The notes beneath the pieces are model-generated. The model did no database searches, was not told the DNA's origin, and saw only the letters and a program-made list of their open reading frames with translations. Positions 9,701 through 20,100 of a stretch of 64,000 nucleotides of DNA are shown one piece after another (within the stretch, counting starts at the first letter, position 1; the number at the start of each line of letters is the position of its first letter). Both the position numbers and the translations under genes were made by a program. Source of the DNA: a virus (taxonomy: Duplodnaviria > Heunggongvirae > Uroviricota > Caudoviricetes); IMG/VR virus record IMGVR_UViG_3300014204_000143; one strand, written 5' to 3'.

Positions 9701-11708
9701 TAAAGGGCTATATACAGTAACTGGAATTGGAACAGATTATTTTGAAGTTGACAAAGTCGCAGGAACGGCAGAAAGTAAATATTGTTCAGGCATTTATTTA
9801 TATTCTAGTGTTATTGGTGATTCCACATCACAGTTTGATATTACCTGTCTTGATAGTGTTAAAAAAATATTTAGATATACCTGGGACGGGACTGGAACAG
9901 ACCCAAACATATTACAGTTGACTCATGGTGAGAATATCTATATAAAAGCACAAAATTTTTCTTCAGTGAATAATGGTCATTTTGTAATTTTAAATCCAAC
10001 ATCAACTACTTTTGATATTCATAATGAGATTGGAGTTGCAGAAAATAATAAAACAATTGGTACGGGATATATTATAAAAGTTAATACTTATCTTGGAGAC
10101 TCTTCAACTCAGTTTGATATAACAAATCCATCAACTGGACTGTGGAGATACACTTGGGACGGAACAGGAAAGAACCCACACATAGAAGAACTCGTATCTG
10201 TTTATGATACTATGTATATTAATGGTTCAACTTTTGCATCAAATAATAGGGGAAAAAGAGTTTATGTTTATGCCGTTGGAACTGATTATTTTGAAATTAA
10301 AACAGAGACAGGAACGGTTGAATCTAATAAAATTCTTGGAACTGGATATATTGAACACGTGAAAGGATATGTAATAAATAATTGGGGAGAAAAAACTGAA
10401 GTTAGCAATCTCAAATTTATAGAATCTGGAAACTATCGTTATGGTTGTTTGGTTTCTTTAAATAGCTTAAGTATTCATCATACCGATTTTGATACGCAAG
10501 AATCTCAAAGCTCTTTAATGCCATGTATAGTTGATAGGAGTGGTAGTCTAACATTAAAAAATTCTTATCTTATTAGTTATTCTAATTGTGTAGTTAGATT
10601 TCCCTACTCAGGGAATGAAACTGTTATAAGCGAAAATCATTTTGAATCTTATTATGGTTCAAGTGTTTATGAAACAATGACTTCATATAGAATAGGTGGA
10701 AGTTCTTCTAGATTTGATATAACTAATACTGCTGGAGATACATGGAGATATACATGGGATGGTACAGGGACTGACCCTGGAATATCTACTGGCTGGAGTT
10801 TTTATGCAGTTATTGTTTATGCTGAAAATTTTACAGGAAGAAATAATGGAATCTTTCAAATAACAGATTCTGGGCTTAATTGGTTTGAAGTTACAAACAT
10901 AAATGGATATGCAGAAAACAACAAAACAATTGGAGAAGGTTATATAGAAAAAATGATTTCTGGAGGTTTTTATAAGTTTGTTTTTGAAAAAAATTATTGT
11001 TATCGTGGTATGTATAATTCTTCCAGTAGTTATATTGCAAATATTCCAGGGGCATTAAATATTGTTGGAGACGGAACAGTTATAAGAGATAATACATTTT
11101 TTGCACAACCTTCAAATTATACTCCAGCAGTCAGACTATTTGGAGTTAATAGTATTGTCACTGGAAATAAATTTAATAGTTATCCTGAAAACTATTCTGC
11201 AAATGGTGGTCTTGGTATTCATATTACAGCCAAAGGCAGTTGTGTTATAGAGAATAATATATTTAATGCCCTAAGCATTGGAATTCTTTTAGATTATTAT
11301 GAAACAGACAATGGTTGTGGTCATGCATCTACAAGCAACAATCTGTTTAATTTTGTGGTTGGAGAAACTAATGGTTATGGTATATCAATTCTTTCCCCAA
11401 TTTCAAAAATGGTAATTTCTGGAAATCATCAATATTGTGGAGCTTCTTTAATTGACCAACAGTATGGTTCTTCTAATTTAACAGTAATAAATAATATTGT
11501 TACTAATTCTGCCGCAGAAGCCTTTTTAATGCAAAGTCTAACATATTCTGTCTTTAGTAATAATCAAACAAAAGATTGTTATCTTGGATATGACATTTCT
11601 GGAGCAGATTATTGTACGATTTTGGGCAATATATCTCAGGGTAACGCAAATTCAGATGACGTTGCTGGTATTACAAACAGCGAAACGGCTCACAATTTAT
11701 TCTTATAA
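6762..11708 (+). CDS. Giant tail fibre/tailspike. It has six ~95-aa repeat domains (9230-10956) and a C-terminal right-handed parallel beta-helix-like region (NNIFNALSIGIL..., ISGNHQYCG..., ~10960-11708).
   Basis: 1648-aa ORF. The internal motif FDITNP-x-GT-x-RYTWDGTG...NNG-F...GTDYFE...NKTIG-GY recurs six times. The C-terminal periodic motifs are typical of pectate-lyase-like tailspikes. Confidence 0.6.
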   Translation: MTQKNYNSIDNPYDSFLNRTDAGASTVVNSGQEYGGTTFTDSGNGGSASPNGSPDVSSPNDVSGGSIQGSSFQSIWLKDWIKSRNYKPKSVGFYIDGKTGYAEFVNVYVSGNIQALSGLIGGFTIGATNLSATSGGNTTIVSSGSTAFSAGPTGAPTFYVTQAGVLNATGAIISGTLTATTGYIGGWLINATNLSATGIILDSLNQQIKVGATDPIIIDGLLKEIESSNYVSGAFGAGFHLDSNLFEVGNISCRGMIRTSVFQKDLINVMGGSFVVLDGDILDTTMTALDTATITTKGTVNFSINDILRIKEDIDDEWFRVTNVSGHPTYVVTRDLAGMYPSNTNPCWTKGSTIVNYRQSGDGGVFMTATETDAPYLSIFDHAGSPWTTINTRLRLGNLNGFLGYSSDLYGIAIGETNSYLKYDTDNGLRIKGDITITGGNASVTFYESTEPVSGMKAGDYWVDSDDNSLHVYQGGVWVLVAASGVKVFSAEPTTPYHVGDLWASGVFLKICNHELLTGVYNPLDWSYATGYTDDTVANSKIKTFIQTTIPTSISAGDLWIDSDDGNKLYRATNAGDTTIGPTAWVVVPIDFANINGATKPENNATVGATWGTNLVNIPGTLGTPTGTGLFLSSTHLGFYDAPNWKTYMDSYGNFYLGGTSGKLQWVAGTNTLTITGIINADSGTIGGFTLGADYIRDSANGVGLASTVSGGDDVRFWAGDTFANRDIAPFRVYESGNVVMERITASNIQAYDAIVDINGGGDYYDLYGAVLNGAKKIFIRNGEYILTSQLDIAQENVKIEGQSRDKTIITRARGGNNIYFLLGDGTTQWDVTNPAGTTFRYTWNGQGYEPDFSKLKDGYNILIESSSGTSYLDYDNTGNFCITGTGTTYFEITNSSGVVETGKTIGLDDTSYIKIRPKAIYGYATGGGGGNLTEYTVTNPVGTTWRYTYTGVGGDPDITTRVKVGMLVDMIDSSFSTNNKGLYTVTGIGTDYFEVDKVAGTAESKYCSGIYLYSSVIGDSTSQFDITCLDSVKKIFRYTWDGTGTDPNILQLTHGENIYIKAQNFSSVNNGHFVILNPTSTTFDIHNEIGVAENNKTIGTGYIIKVNTYLGDSSTQFDITNPSTGLWRYTWDGTGKNPHIEELVSVYDTMYINGSTFASNNRGKRVYVYAVGTDYFEIKTETGTVESNKILGTGYIEHVKGYVINNWGEKTEVSNLKFIESGNYRYGCLVSLNSLSIHHTDFDTQESQSSLMPCIVDRSGSLTLKNSYLISYSNCVVRFPYSGNETVISENHFESYYGSSVYETMTSYRIGGSSSRFDITNTAGDTWRYTWDGTGTDPGISTGWSFYAVIVYAENFTGRNNGIFQITDSGLNWFEVTNINGYAENNKTIGEGYIEKMISGGFYKFVFEKNYCYRGMYNSSSSYIANIPGALNIVGDGTVIRDNTFFAQPSNYTPAVRLFGVNSIVTGNKFNSYPENYSANGGLGIHITAKGSCVIENNIFNALSIGILLDYYETDNGCGHASTSNNLFNFVVGETNGYGISILSPISKMVISGNHQYCGASLIDQQYGSSNLTVINNIVTNSAAEAFLMQSLTYSVFSNNQTKDCYLGYDISGADYCTILGNISQGNANSDDVAGITNSETAHNLFL

Positions 11709-11715
11709 TAATAAT

Positions 11716-11934
11716 ATGGAAAAAAAATACATTAAAGATGGTGAAAAAATTTATGAAGTTAATAAAGAAATAGATAAAATATCCGAACTAAAAGAAATTG
11801 ATAAGAAAATAACCAAATTAAACGAGTTAGAGGCAATGAGAATTAAAGAGATTCATGACAGTTATGTGACTAAAATAGAACTTCTCCAAAGTAGAAAAAC
11901 TGAATTAATAAATACTAGAGAAACCCCATTATAG
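11716..11934 (+). CDS. Small coiled-coil protein (~72 aa)
   Basis: ATG at 11716 (MEKKYIKDGEKIYE...). The track ORF 11584..11934 shares this frame, but its upstream part overlaps the 1648-aa gene, so the internal start is preferred. Confidence 0.35.
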   Translation: MEKKYIKDGEKIYEVNKEIDKISELKEIDKKITKLNELEAMRIKEIHDSYVTKIELLQSRKTELINTRETPL

Positions 11935-11991
11935 TATAACTAATGTTATCCCCTTGGGTTGGCGTTAGTTATACATAACTAATGTTATAAT
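11933..11991 (+). promoter_or_regulatory. Single copy of the TTATCCC...TGGGTT...TTAGTTAT element plus extended -10 TGTTATAAT (11983-11991), upstream of ATG 12017
   Basis: Near-identical to 3316-3379. Palindromic arms ATAACTAA/TTAGTTAT flank the element. Confidence 0.45.
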
Positions 11992-12016
11992 TAACATATA
12001 AAGATAAATAAAATTT

Positions 12017-14680
12017 ATGGCTCAAAGATATTTTGCATGGTTTACTGATAACAAGGGAGTACTACAGTCAATGAGTGCTGATACTAAAGAAGAGGCACTG
12101 GCTGACGCAAATTCTAGGGGTTGGACACTTACTTCGGGTCAATATGGTGGCTGGCCAACAAAACCAACTAGTCCGACTCCAATAACTCAACCTCAGGTTC
12201 AACCAAAACCAATTGTTTCTAATCCTATAAATCAAGAAGAAACTCAAGTAACTCCTGAGTATGTTTATGATAACATTAACTCTGTAATGAATAAAAACGC
12301 AGTTAATCATTTATTCAAACAATATTACGGTCGTGATGCTACTCAGACAGAATTAGACTATTGGGAAAAGAAAACGACAGGAAGTCTAGAAGATAAATTA
12401 AGACCAAACGCTTATAAGTTCCCTAACGCACCAATTCATACAACTTCATATTCTGCTGATGGTAGACCAGCAACATCTAGTGGCGAAACCATAGTTCCTC
12501 CACCAGTTCAAGAAACAGAACCAACTCAACCAGAAGCAACTCAACCAATTATACAACCTCAAGACCCAACAGAAGTAGCCCAGTCTAATTTTAATTTTTC
12601 TGGTAGAACCGCTCTTGTTAAGTTTAGCGACGACCCTACTCCTAGTGGTGATGGCGACTCTAGCACTGTTTGGTTATTCGATACAATTACTAAAACATAT
12701 CGACCATTTCTTTCGATGGATGCTATTAATGCTATTTATGGAGATGATGCTCCAGAGTATATAGCTAACATAGAAACTCTCCCAACTACTGTTTTAAATA
12801 ATGATACGTGGAAAGGTTCGTTCTTGAGTGAAACTGAAGGATTTGATTCCGAAGGACTTGCTGGCGGAAAAAATATTTATGATGTTCTCTCTGTCTCTGG
12901 AGTTAAAACTATTTATAATAAAGTAAAAGACTATAACCTAGAGTCTTGGGCTGGTCAATTTGTTGACTTGATATTTTCAGAAGCCAAGGATAAAGGTGCT
13001 ATTACCGAAGAACAATTTAAAAAGTATTTAGAAGACCCAACACAACTAGCAGAATATATCAATGCAATTGCTTATGGTGGTTATACCGCCAAAGATGTTC
13101 TCGCAGATATGAAAGCTAAAGAATTAGGATTAAATATTAAACCAATCTCTTCTACTATACCAGCCGATAAATACGCTACAACGACTGAAGGACTGGAAGC
13201 AAAAAATAATAATCAAATTCAAACAGATGTCTCAACTTTAGGTTTAGACCAGAATTTATTTAATAATAAAGTTTCAGATATACCGATTGCATCTTTAACG
13301 AGCCTAATGCCAAACCTTGACTGGAATAGTGAAGAATTTAAAAATGCTGCTGAAGAAATTCAAGCCTCTTGGTATGACATTCAGTCACAACTTGCTTCGG
13401 CAACTAATGAACAAGAAAAGGCTGTCGCTGATGCTAACTTTGCTAAATTTAATTCTGATTTAGAAAAAACTTATGGAATCAAACTTAGCGATAACGCTGA
13501 TGAAGCTTGGGGACAACTTGAAACAATGTTTTCAGACTACGGTAAGGCTGGACTAGGTAACTCTGGTTTATTTAATGAAGCTATGGATACTTATACCGCT
13601 GGGGTTAGGCAGGCTGGTGATAGATTAAGAGATGAAAAAGCCGATAGTCAAACCACTGAAGAAATTAACTATCTATTAAAAAGTGGAACACCAGAACAGA
13701 TTGCTGCCTACGAAGCCTCTCATCCAGGTTTTGCCGACAAATATGGACTTAAACCAAGTGCTGAACAGCTTGCGTGGTGGAGTGATTCGTCTTTGGCAGA
13801 GAGATACCCAGATATGTCAGTCGAAGAACGAAATAAAATTAAAGGAATGATAATTGATGAAAATGGAAATTATAGGAGTAATCTTTATCAAACTCTTTAT
13901 ACAAATCAAAATAATCTCGCTGACCAGAAGAGAACGTATCAAGAAGGAAAATTAGCAGAACAGAGACAACAAGAAGCCAACAAAGTTGCTGATGTTTCTA
14001 CTGGAGCTACTATTCTGTATGACCAAAATATTCAAAATATGTTAGATTCAAATTCTTATGATTTAACTCCTGGAACGGTAACTCAAGATACAACGACTTC
14101 GCAAACTCCATTCTCAACTTCTTCGACTCCGCCAACAGGGGCAACATTAATTTCTGATAAAACAGAATATGATTCTCTGGTTGCTAATGGACTTACTGAG
14201 TCTCAGATATGGAGAGACCCAAATAGCGACAAAATTTATCGATTACCGACATCTACTACACCCACACAAACTACAACATCAACCACAAGTTCGTTAGGAA
14301 GACTTTTGGGTCCAACAGAATATGCACAATTAAGAAATCAATATGGTGTTTCTGATTCTAATTTTTCTCAATATTTTACTAGAGATGGAACAAATATCTA
14401 TTTAAAACCAACAGCACCAACTTCTTCAACACCTTCAACAAGTGCTGTTACTTCTGCGGCTGCCAACATTTCAAATTCTTTATCAGGAACAACAACTCCG
14501 ACAACAACCACTTCTAGTAGTAGTTCGTCTCCTTATTCAGAATATATGGGTCAATTTGGAACAACTAGAGTTTTTGGTTCAAGTAGAGAAGCTGTTGAGG
14601 CTGAGGCAAGAGCTGGTGGATTAAGTTTAACTGGTGCAACGTATAAAGGATATAATAATGGTACTTGGAGTTTAATTTAA
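12017..14680 (+). CDS. Large hypothetical virion protein with Pro/Thr/Gln-rich linkers
   Basis: 887-aa ORF with low-complexity P/T/Q-rich segments. Lies in the structural block behind the promoter-like element. Confidence 0.4.
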   Translation: MAQRYFAWFTDNKGVLQSMSADTKEEALADANSRGWTLTSGQYGGWPTKPTSPTPITQPQVQPKPIVSNPINQEETQVTPEYVYDNINSVMNKNAVNHLFKQYYGRDATQTELDYWEKKTTGSLEDKLRPNAYKFPNAPIHTTSYSADGRPATSSGETIVPPPVQETEPTQPEATQPIIQPQDPTEVAQSNFNFSGRTALVKFSDDPTPSGDGDSSTVWLFDTITKTYRPFLSMDAINAIYGDDAPEYIANIETLPTTVLNNDTWKGSFLSETEGFDSEGLAGGKNIYDVLSVSGVKTIYNKVKDYNLESWAGQFVDLIFSEAKDKGAITEEQFKKYLEDPTQLAEYINAIAYGGYTAKDVLADMKAKELGLNIKPISSTIPADKYATTTEGLEAKNNNQIQTDVSTLGLDQNLFNNKVSDIPIASLTSLMPNLDWNSEEFKNAAEEIQASWYDIQSQLASATNEQEKAVADANFAKFNSDLEKTYGIKLSDNADEAWGQLETMFSDYGKAGLGNSGLFNEAMDTYTAGVRQAGDRLRDEKADSQTTEEINYLLKSGTPEQIAAYEASHPGFADKYGLKPSAEQLAWWSDSSLAERYPDMSVEERNKIKGMIIDENGNYRSNLYQTLYTNQNNLADQKRTYQEGKLAEQRQQEANKVADVSTGATILYDQNIQNMLDSNSYDLTPGTVTQDTTTSQTPFSTSSTPPTGATLISDKTEYDSLVANGLTESQIWRDPNSDKIYRLPTSTTPTQTTTSTTSSLGRLLGPTEYAQLRNQYGVSDSNFSQYFTRDGTNIYLKPTAPTSSTPSTSAVTSAAANISNSLSGTTTPTTTTSSSSSSPYSEYMGQFGTTRVFGSSREAVEAEARAGGLSLTGATYKGYNNGTWSLI

Positions 14681-14688
14681 AATAATAT

Positions 14689-15255
14689 ATGGACTTACCA
14701 CAAAATACACAATATAAAAGTGATTATGTTTCTAAACTGATGCCTCTTGTTAGTGCGATTACGGCTAAAGGAAAACAAACATCACAACCAACCCAGCAAA
14801 CTTCATTGCCTCGTATTTCGGGTACACCAAGTTCACTCTCTCAATTTCCTATCACAACTCCTTATGGTGGAAGTACAAACTATGAACCAGGTGGAACTCA
14901 CGGGGGGATAGATATAGGAACACCAACAGGAACTTCACTTCCAGCAATTCAAGGAGGAACAGTGACGGATGTTGTTACTGGAAAAGGATGGACTCCAAAA
15001 ACACCTTCTTATGGGAATACAATTACGGTAAAAGACAATGAGGGAAATTTATGGAGATACTCACATTTGTCAGACGCTTACGTTAAGGTTGGCGATACAG
15101 TTAATACTGGTCAAGCAATTGGAACAAGTGGTTATTCAGGTTCAACATATAGTGCAAAAAATCCGAATAGTCCTGGTCCGCACGTAGATATAAGGTTGCT
15201 CAAAAACTTATCTGGAAGGTATGTTGAAGAAAATCCCCAGCAATATATACGGTAA
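14689..15255 (+). CDS. Peptidase M23 (LytM-like) domain protein, a candidate virion-associated peptidoglycan hydrolase
   Basis: HxxxD motif (THGGIDIG) followed by Gly-rich beta strands and ...GPHVDIR, as in M23 endopeptidases. Confidence 0.55.
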   Translation: MDLPQNTQYKSDYVSKLMPLVSAITAKGKQTSQPTQQTSLPRISGTPSSLSQFPITTPYGGSTNYEPGGTHGGIDIGTPTGTSLPAIQGGTVTDVVTGKGWTPKTPSYGNTITVKDNEGNLWRYSHLSDAYVKVGDTVNTGQAIGTSGYSGSTYSAKNPNSPGPHVDIRLLKNLSGRYVEENPQQYIR

Positions 15256-15268
15256 CAAATAATAAACA

Positions 15269-17140
15269 ATGGAATATCAACTAACAAATAACGGTAAACA
15301 ATCTAAAGCGTTTGCTGTTAAAACAATTTTAAAAAGTAAAGAGTTAAGAAATGTTATTAGTGAAGGAATGAAAGCTTCTCCTGGTAGCACTAAAAGACAG
15401 AAAGCCTACAAACTCTTATCAACCCTCAATAAATCTGGGAGTAATTTTTATTCTGATGGTATGGGAGGTGCTCCAACTGGTTTCAATCCTTTTGCTTATA
15501 AGAACGTTAGAGAGACCATTGCTGGACCAACAACTCAACAACCAACCTCACAGTCTGTTTCAATGGGAGAACAAGTTCCAGAACCTGTAGATTACAGCAA
15601 ACGAACAATATTTATTAAGAGTGCCGACCCAAAGCAATACGTATCACCTGCATCGCAGTCAACATCGACATTAATGTCTGGGATGTCTTATGACCCTAAT
15701 GCAAACAATACAACAACTCCTGGTTCAACTCCAGAAACTTCAACAACGGGCACAACTTCTTCAACGACCAATATCACTCTTCCGAGTTCTTATTCTGATA
15801 CGTCAACAACTAGTGGAATGTCTTCATCAAGACTACTTGATTTAAAAAATTCTGGGTTAGGTGCAACTGGTTTAAGAATCGCCGTTATGGCAGACCCAAC
15901 CTTATTGGATGACTTAGGGTTACCACAAGATGTGATTGATTCATTCCCAACTGAATCACTGGCTGAACAAAAGAAAACACTTCAAAATAGTTTATTAAAA
16001 AAATATAGAATTGAATCATTAGAAGACGGTCTGATTAATAAATACAAACAGAACGCCAACATTACAACCGACTTGAGAAATTACCTTGCTGAGACTGATA
16101 CCTATTTTAAGAGTATTGATAAACTCTATAATAAAACATTGGAACAGTCGGCCTATATGGATACAAGTAATCCAGAAGTAGCAAAAAGAGTTAATAATTA
16201 CACCAACTATTTACAGATACTTAGAAACAAACAAAATGACAGAAATGTTTCTTTTATTGAGATGGCTGGAGACCAAGTAGAAAAACAGTTAGAAGCGTTA
16301 AAGTTTGAGTATAAGACAAAGTATGACCAATTCTCAAGAGAATATAATACTGAAGCAGAATTAACAACCGAAACATATAATGACTACAAAAAAATAATTG
16401 AGGAGATGACTTCTAATTTAGATGAACAACAGGTGGTATTAAAAATGAATCAAGAGCTAAAATTGGGTGCTGATGGGTGGAATGGGTGGACAATTAAAGA
16501 CCTAACATCAAAAGATGAGGCTAAAAGAACGGCTCAAGAAATGAAAGATAGCGGGAGTAATTATTATGATATTGATGCAACTATTAGTAAGTTTAAAATA
16601 ACTCCAGCAGAAAAGAAATCTATCTATTATAACCTTGGGATAACAGAACCGAAAACTACAACGACAACAAATTGGACGAGACTAGAAGAACTTATGAATA
16701 GTTCAGAGGGACAGAAAAAGTCTGATGCAGAACTTTTACAGTGGTTAAAAGAAAAGAATGATGAAGAAAAACTAGGAGTTACGGCAGATGCAGATTATAC
16801 AAGTAAAATTAAGACAAGAATAGTTCCTGAACCAGATATAAAAAAAGACGTGTATGACATGATAGCAACCGAAGGAATGTCTGGTCCTCAAATAATGACA
16901 ATTCTTTCATCTGTTCCAGAAATAAAACTTAAACAAGCGGTTATAAATACTATATCTGAACTTAGAAAATTAGGATATACAGAAAAAGATTTAAAAGAAC
17001 AACTTAAATTAGATAACGCCACTTTAAAAACTGGAGGAGTTCCAGAAACTTGGTTTAAAGAAGGTTGGAATTTAGGAGCAACTGCAAGTAAAAAATTTCC
17101 AAATAGTATCAAAAGTTTAATAAATTATTTTAAAAAATAA
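15269..17140 (+). CDS. Hypothetical structural-module protein
   Basis: 623-aa ORF, co-directional and tightly packed. Confidence 0.4.
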   Translation: MEYQLTNNGKQSKAFAVKTILKSKELRNVISEGMKASPGSTKRQKAYKLLSTLNKSGSNFYSDGMGGAPTGFNPFAYKNVRETIAGPTTQQPTSQSVSMGEQVPEPVDYSKRTIFIKSADPKQYVSPASQSTSTLMSGMSYDPNANNTTTPGSTPETSTTGTTSSTTNITLPSSYSDTSTTSGMSSSRLLDLKNSGLGATGLRIAVMADPTLLDDLGLPQDVIDSFPTESLAEQKKTLQNSLLKKYRIESLEDGLINKYKQNANITTDLRNYLAETDTYFKSIDKLYNKTLEQSAYMDTSNPEVAKRVNNYTNYLQILRNKQNDRNVSFIEMAGDQVEKQLEALKFEYKTKYDQFSREYNTEAELTTETYNDYKKIIEEMTSNLDEQQVVLKMNQELKLGADGWNGWTIKDLTSKDEAKRTAQEMKDSGSNYYDIDATISKFKITPAEKKSIYYNLGITEPKTTTTTNWTRLEELMNSSEGQKKSDAELLQWLKEKNDEEKLGVTADADYTSKIKTRIVPEPDIKKDVYDMIATEGMSGPQIMTILSSVPEIKLKQAVINTISELRKLGYTEKDLKEQLKLDNATLKTGGVPETWFKEGWNLGATASKKFPNSIKSLINYFKK

Positions 17141-17143
17141 TTA

Positions 17144-20100
17144 ATGGCACTTACTAATCCCTTTGCTTATTCAAGTCAGAAACCAATTGACTTATCTCCA
17201 AGAATAAGTAATCTACCAAAAATTAAACCAACAACGCCAACTCCGTCATCATTTATAAGTGGTGACCCTTTTGCGTTAAAAACACCCCCAGTTACTTCTT
17301 CGGCAGTTAAACCTGCACCAGATGACGCCTTTAATTTAAAAGAAGCACCAAATACAACCGCACCACTTTCTTATCCATCTGTAGTTAAAAACATTACGAC
17401 TCCAACGGTTACTCCAAAAGCACCAATAACAACTGATTATACTAAACCATTTCAATTACCAGTAGTCACTCAAACTTTAAAGACTACTCCAGTTTCAGAT
17501 ATAATGACAGGAATGAGTCAACCTAGACAAGACTTAATTGAAAGAGCAACTAAATTTAGTACAACGCTAGATTTACCAAAAGTTAATCAATTATCAAATA
17601 ATACGTTTATAAAAAATAATATTCTTCCAGAAAATACTATTATTGGTAAAAATTCATTTGAAAAATATAATTTACCAGAATCGTTTATTAGTAAAAAAAA
17701 TAAAGAAGGAATTAAGTTTAAAAGCGAAAGTAAAGTAAAAGATATTATTGACTCTTTAAAATTAGGTTCATTAAATATTAAAGAACTTTCTAAAAATTAT
17801 TTTTTAGATACTCTACCTAAATTTGTCAAGATGGTTTTTGACGTAAATTCGACTCAAGATATAATAAATAACCCATTACTTAAAGAGAGTGAAAAAAAAG
17901 ATATTATAAAATCAGTAGAAAACGAGTCTAGTCAAATTGTTAACGTGACACAACCAATTTATGATAAACAAAAAATAAAATTTGAGGAATTTAAAAGAAA
18001 TAATCCACAATTAGTTATGTCAGAATATCCTGGTTATGGATTTGAAGATTCTATATATGATACTTTAAAAAATAATCCAAAATTAATTTTAGACCCAAAG
18101 TTTATAGCAAATGCCGCTGCTAAATCTGCTGGATATACTGTTGCTGTAATGGTTCCAGCTGTGCTTGGGACATTAACTACTGGAAATATTGCAAGTGGAA
18201 CACTTCTAAGTACTATTGCATTAATTCCTTCGTTATCACAAGATTTAACAGAAGAAGCAAAAATAAATGGAGCAACTGACGAACAAGCTGCTATTATTGG
18301 TGCAACAATTGGTCCAGTTATAGCTAAGTTAGAAAATGTTGGAGAGTTAGCTATTTTATCTAGACTGTCATCTGCTTTTAAAACTTCTTTTTTACAAAAT
18401 GTTACGAAAGACGTTGTAGCTGTTACTACTAAACAATTGGCTAAACGTGGAGTTAAAGATTTTGGGAAGACTGAGATACTTGAAATTTTAGAAGAAAATT
18501 TACAACAAATAGCTGGAAACGCTGCAATTAAAACCATCAACGAAAATCGAGAAATATTTAGCGGGTTAGATTATACTACGATAGAAACTGCAATAGCAAG
18601 CATCCCAATGGCAATGTTTGGTGCAAGTTCGTCTTTTGTTGGTTCATATTTGGGTAAAAAATCTAAACAATATCAAGAAGCATCTCCAGAAGAAAAAACA
18701 AGGATATTAAATGAACTTGTTCCTGCCTTATCTGTTCAAAACCTATCCGAACAACAACCAGAAACTCTACCAAAAATAACACCTACAGTCACCCCACAGA
18801 ATGCCCCTGTGACCTCACAGAATGCCCCAGGTGAGGCGATAACACCAAACGTGATTAAAGTTACCTTGCCAGAAAAAAAGATAATAGATATTGATAAAAT
18901 ATCTGATTTAAATAAACAACTTAGTATTAATAATACCAATAAATTTAGAAATGAAACAATTAACGGTTTAAATGAAAATCAAAGAGTTGAAGGAAAGCTT
19001 TTTGATAATTTAAAAAAATCATTAGTGTTTGATAAAAACATAAAAGAATACAATGTTGTTCCTATTTATAGAGCAACAAAAAATAATTCAATTATTCCTG
19101 GAGACTTTGTTACAACAAATAAAGAATTGGCGGTTAAAAAATATATAAATCAAAGAAATGGTTCAAGTTTAAAAACTCTAAATGTTCCTATAAATAACTT
19201 AGTTAAAACACTTGGTCTTAAAAGTGAATTTTTATATTATCCAAAAAATAAAGTTACCTTGCCAGTAGTTAAGTCAGAAAAAATTAATGTTCCCAATACT
19301 CCAAAAGAAATTAAAAAGACTTATTATAATCCAACAGAAGATGTTACTATTTATAGAGTTAAAGAAGATAACACAATTGAAACAAAAATAGTTAAAGGTA
19401 GAGATGTTGATAATTACATAAGACAAGAAACTTGGTCAACTACAAAACCAAAATCTGTAAGTGCTAAAAAAATAATAGGCAAAGTTCCTTCACCGATTAT
19501 AAAAAGAAAAGAAACAACTCTACTCAAAGATAGAATCAAAAATTTTGCTAGAGGTGTTAAAAAAGGTGGCACGTGGTCAAGAGAAAGAATTAACAATACC
19601 TATACTAAATTAAATAGTATTATTAACGATTCTAATTTAGAGGCAAAAGATAAACTTAAGTTTAATACAGAAAAAAATAGAATTTTACGTTCGGCAAATC
19701 CAGAAACTGCCTTTATTAACATAAGTAAACCTTTGTTTGAAAAGATAACGGAATATGAAGAGGGAACTGCTAAAAAATATTATATTAATAAAATAGGTAA
19801 ATTAATAAAATCAACCGTTTCTAAAAATAACTCTTCTGGAATTTTAACTGGAAAATATGGATATTATCAACCAACTATTGATTTTATTTATAATAATTCA
19901 AAATTGACAAGCAAAGATATAGGTAACAGGATAAACGAGTTATCTATAAAAGAGAAGATAACAAATGAAGAGTCTGCAGAACTTATAATGTTAGAAATGA
20001 TACCAACGATAGACATGGACTCAAATCAATTAGAAAGTATTTATAACACATTAAAAGAACAACTCTTAATTGGAAGACAAGAACAAAGTTTAAAAGACTT

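Noticed and set aside
18034-18540. 168-aa minus-strand ORF within the putative tape-measure gene, and smaller ones at 18736-18939 and 19414-19596
   Set aside because: Antisense to a 1692-aa ORF. Composition mirrors the sense strand.
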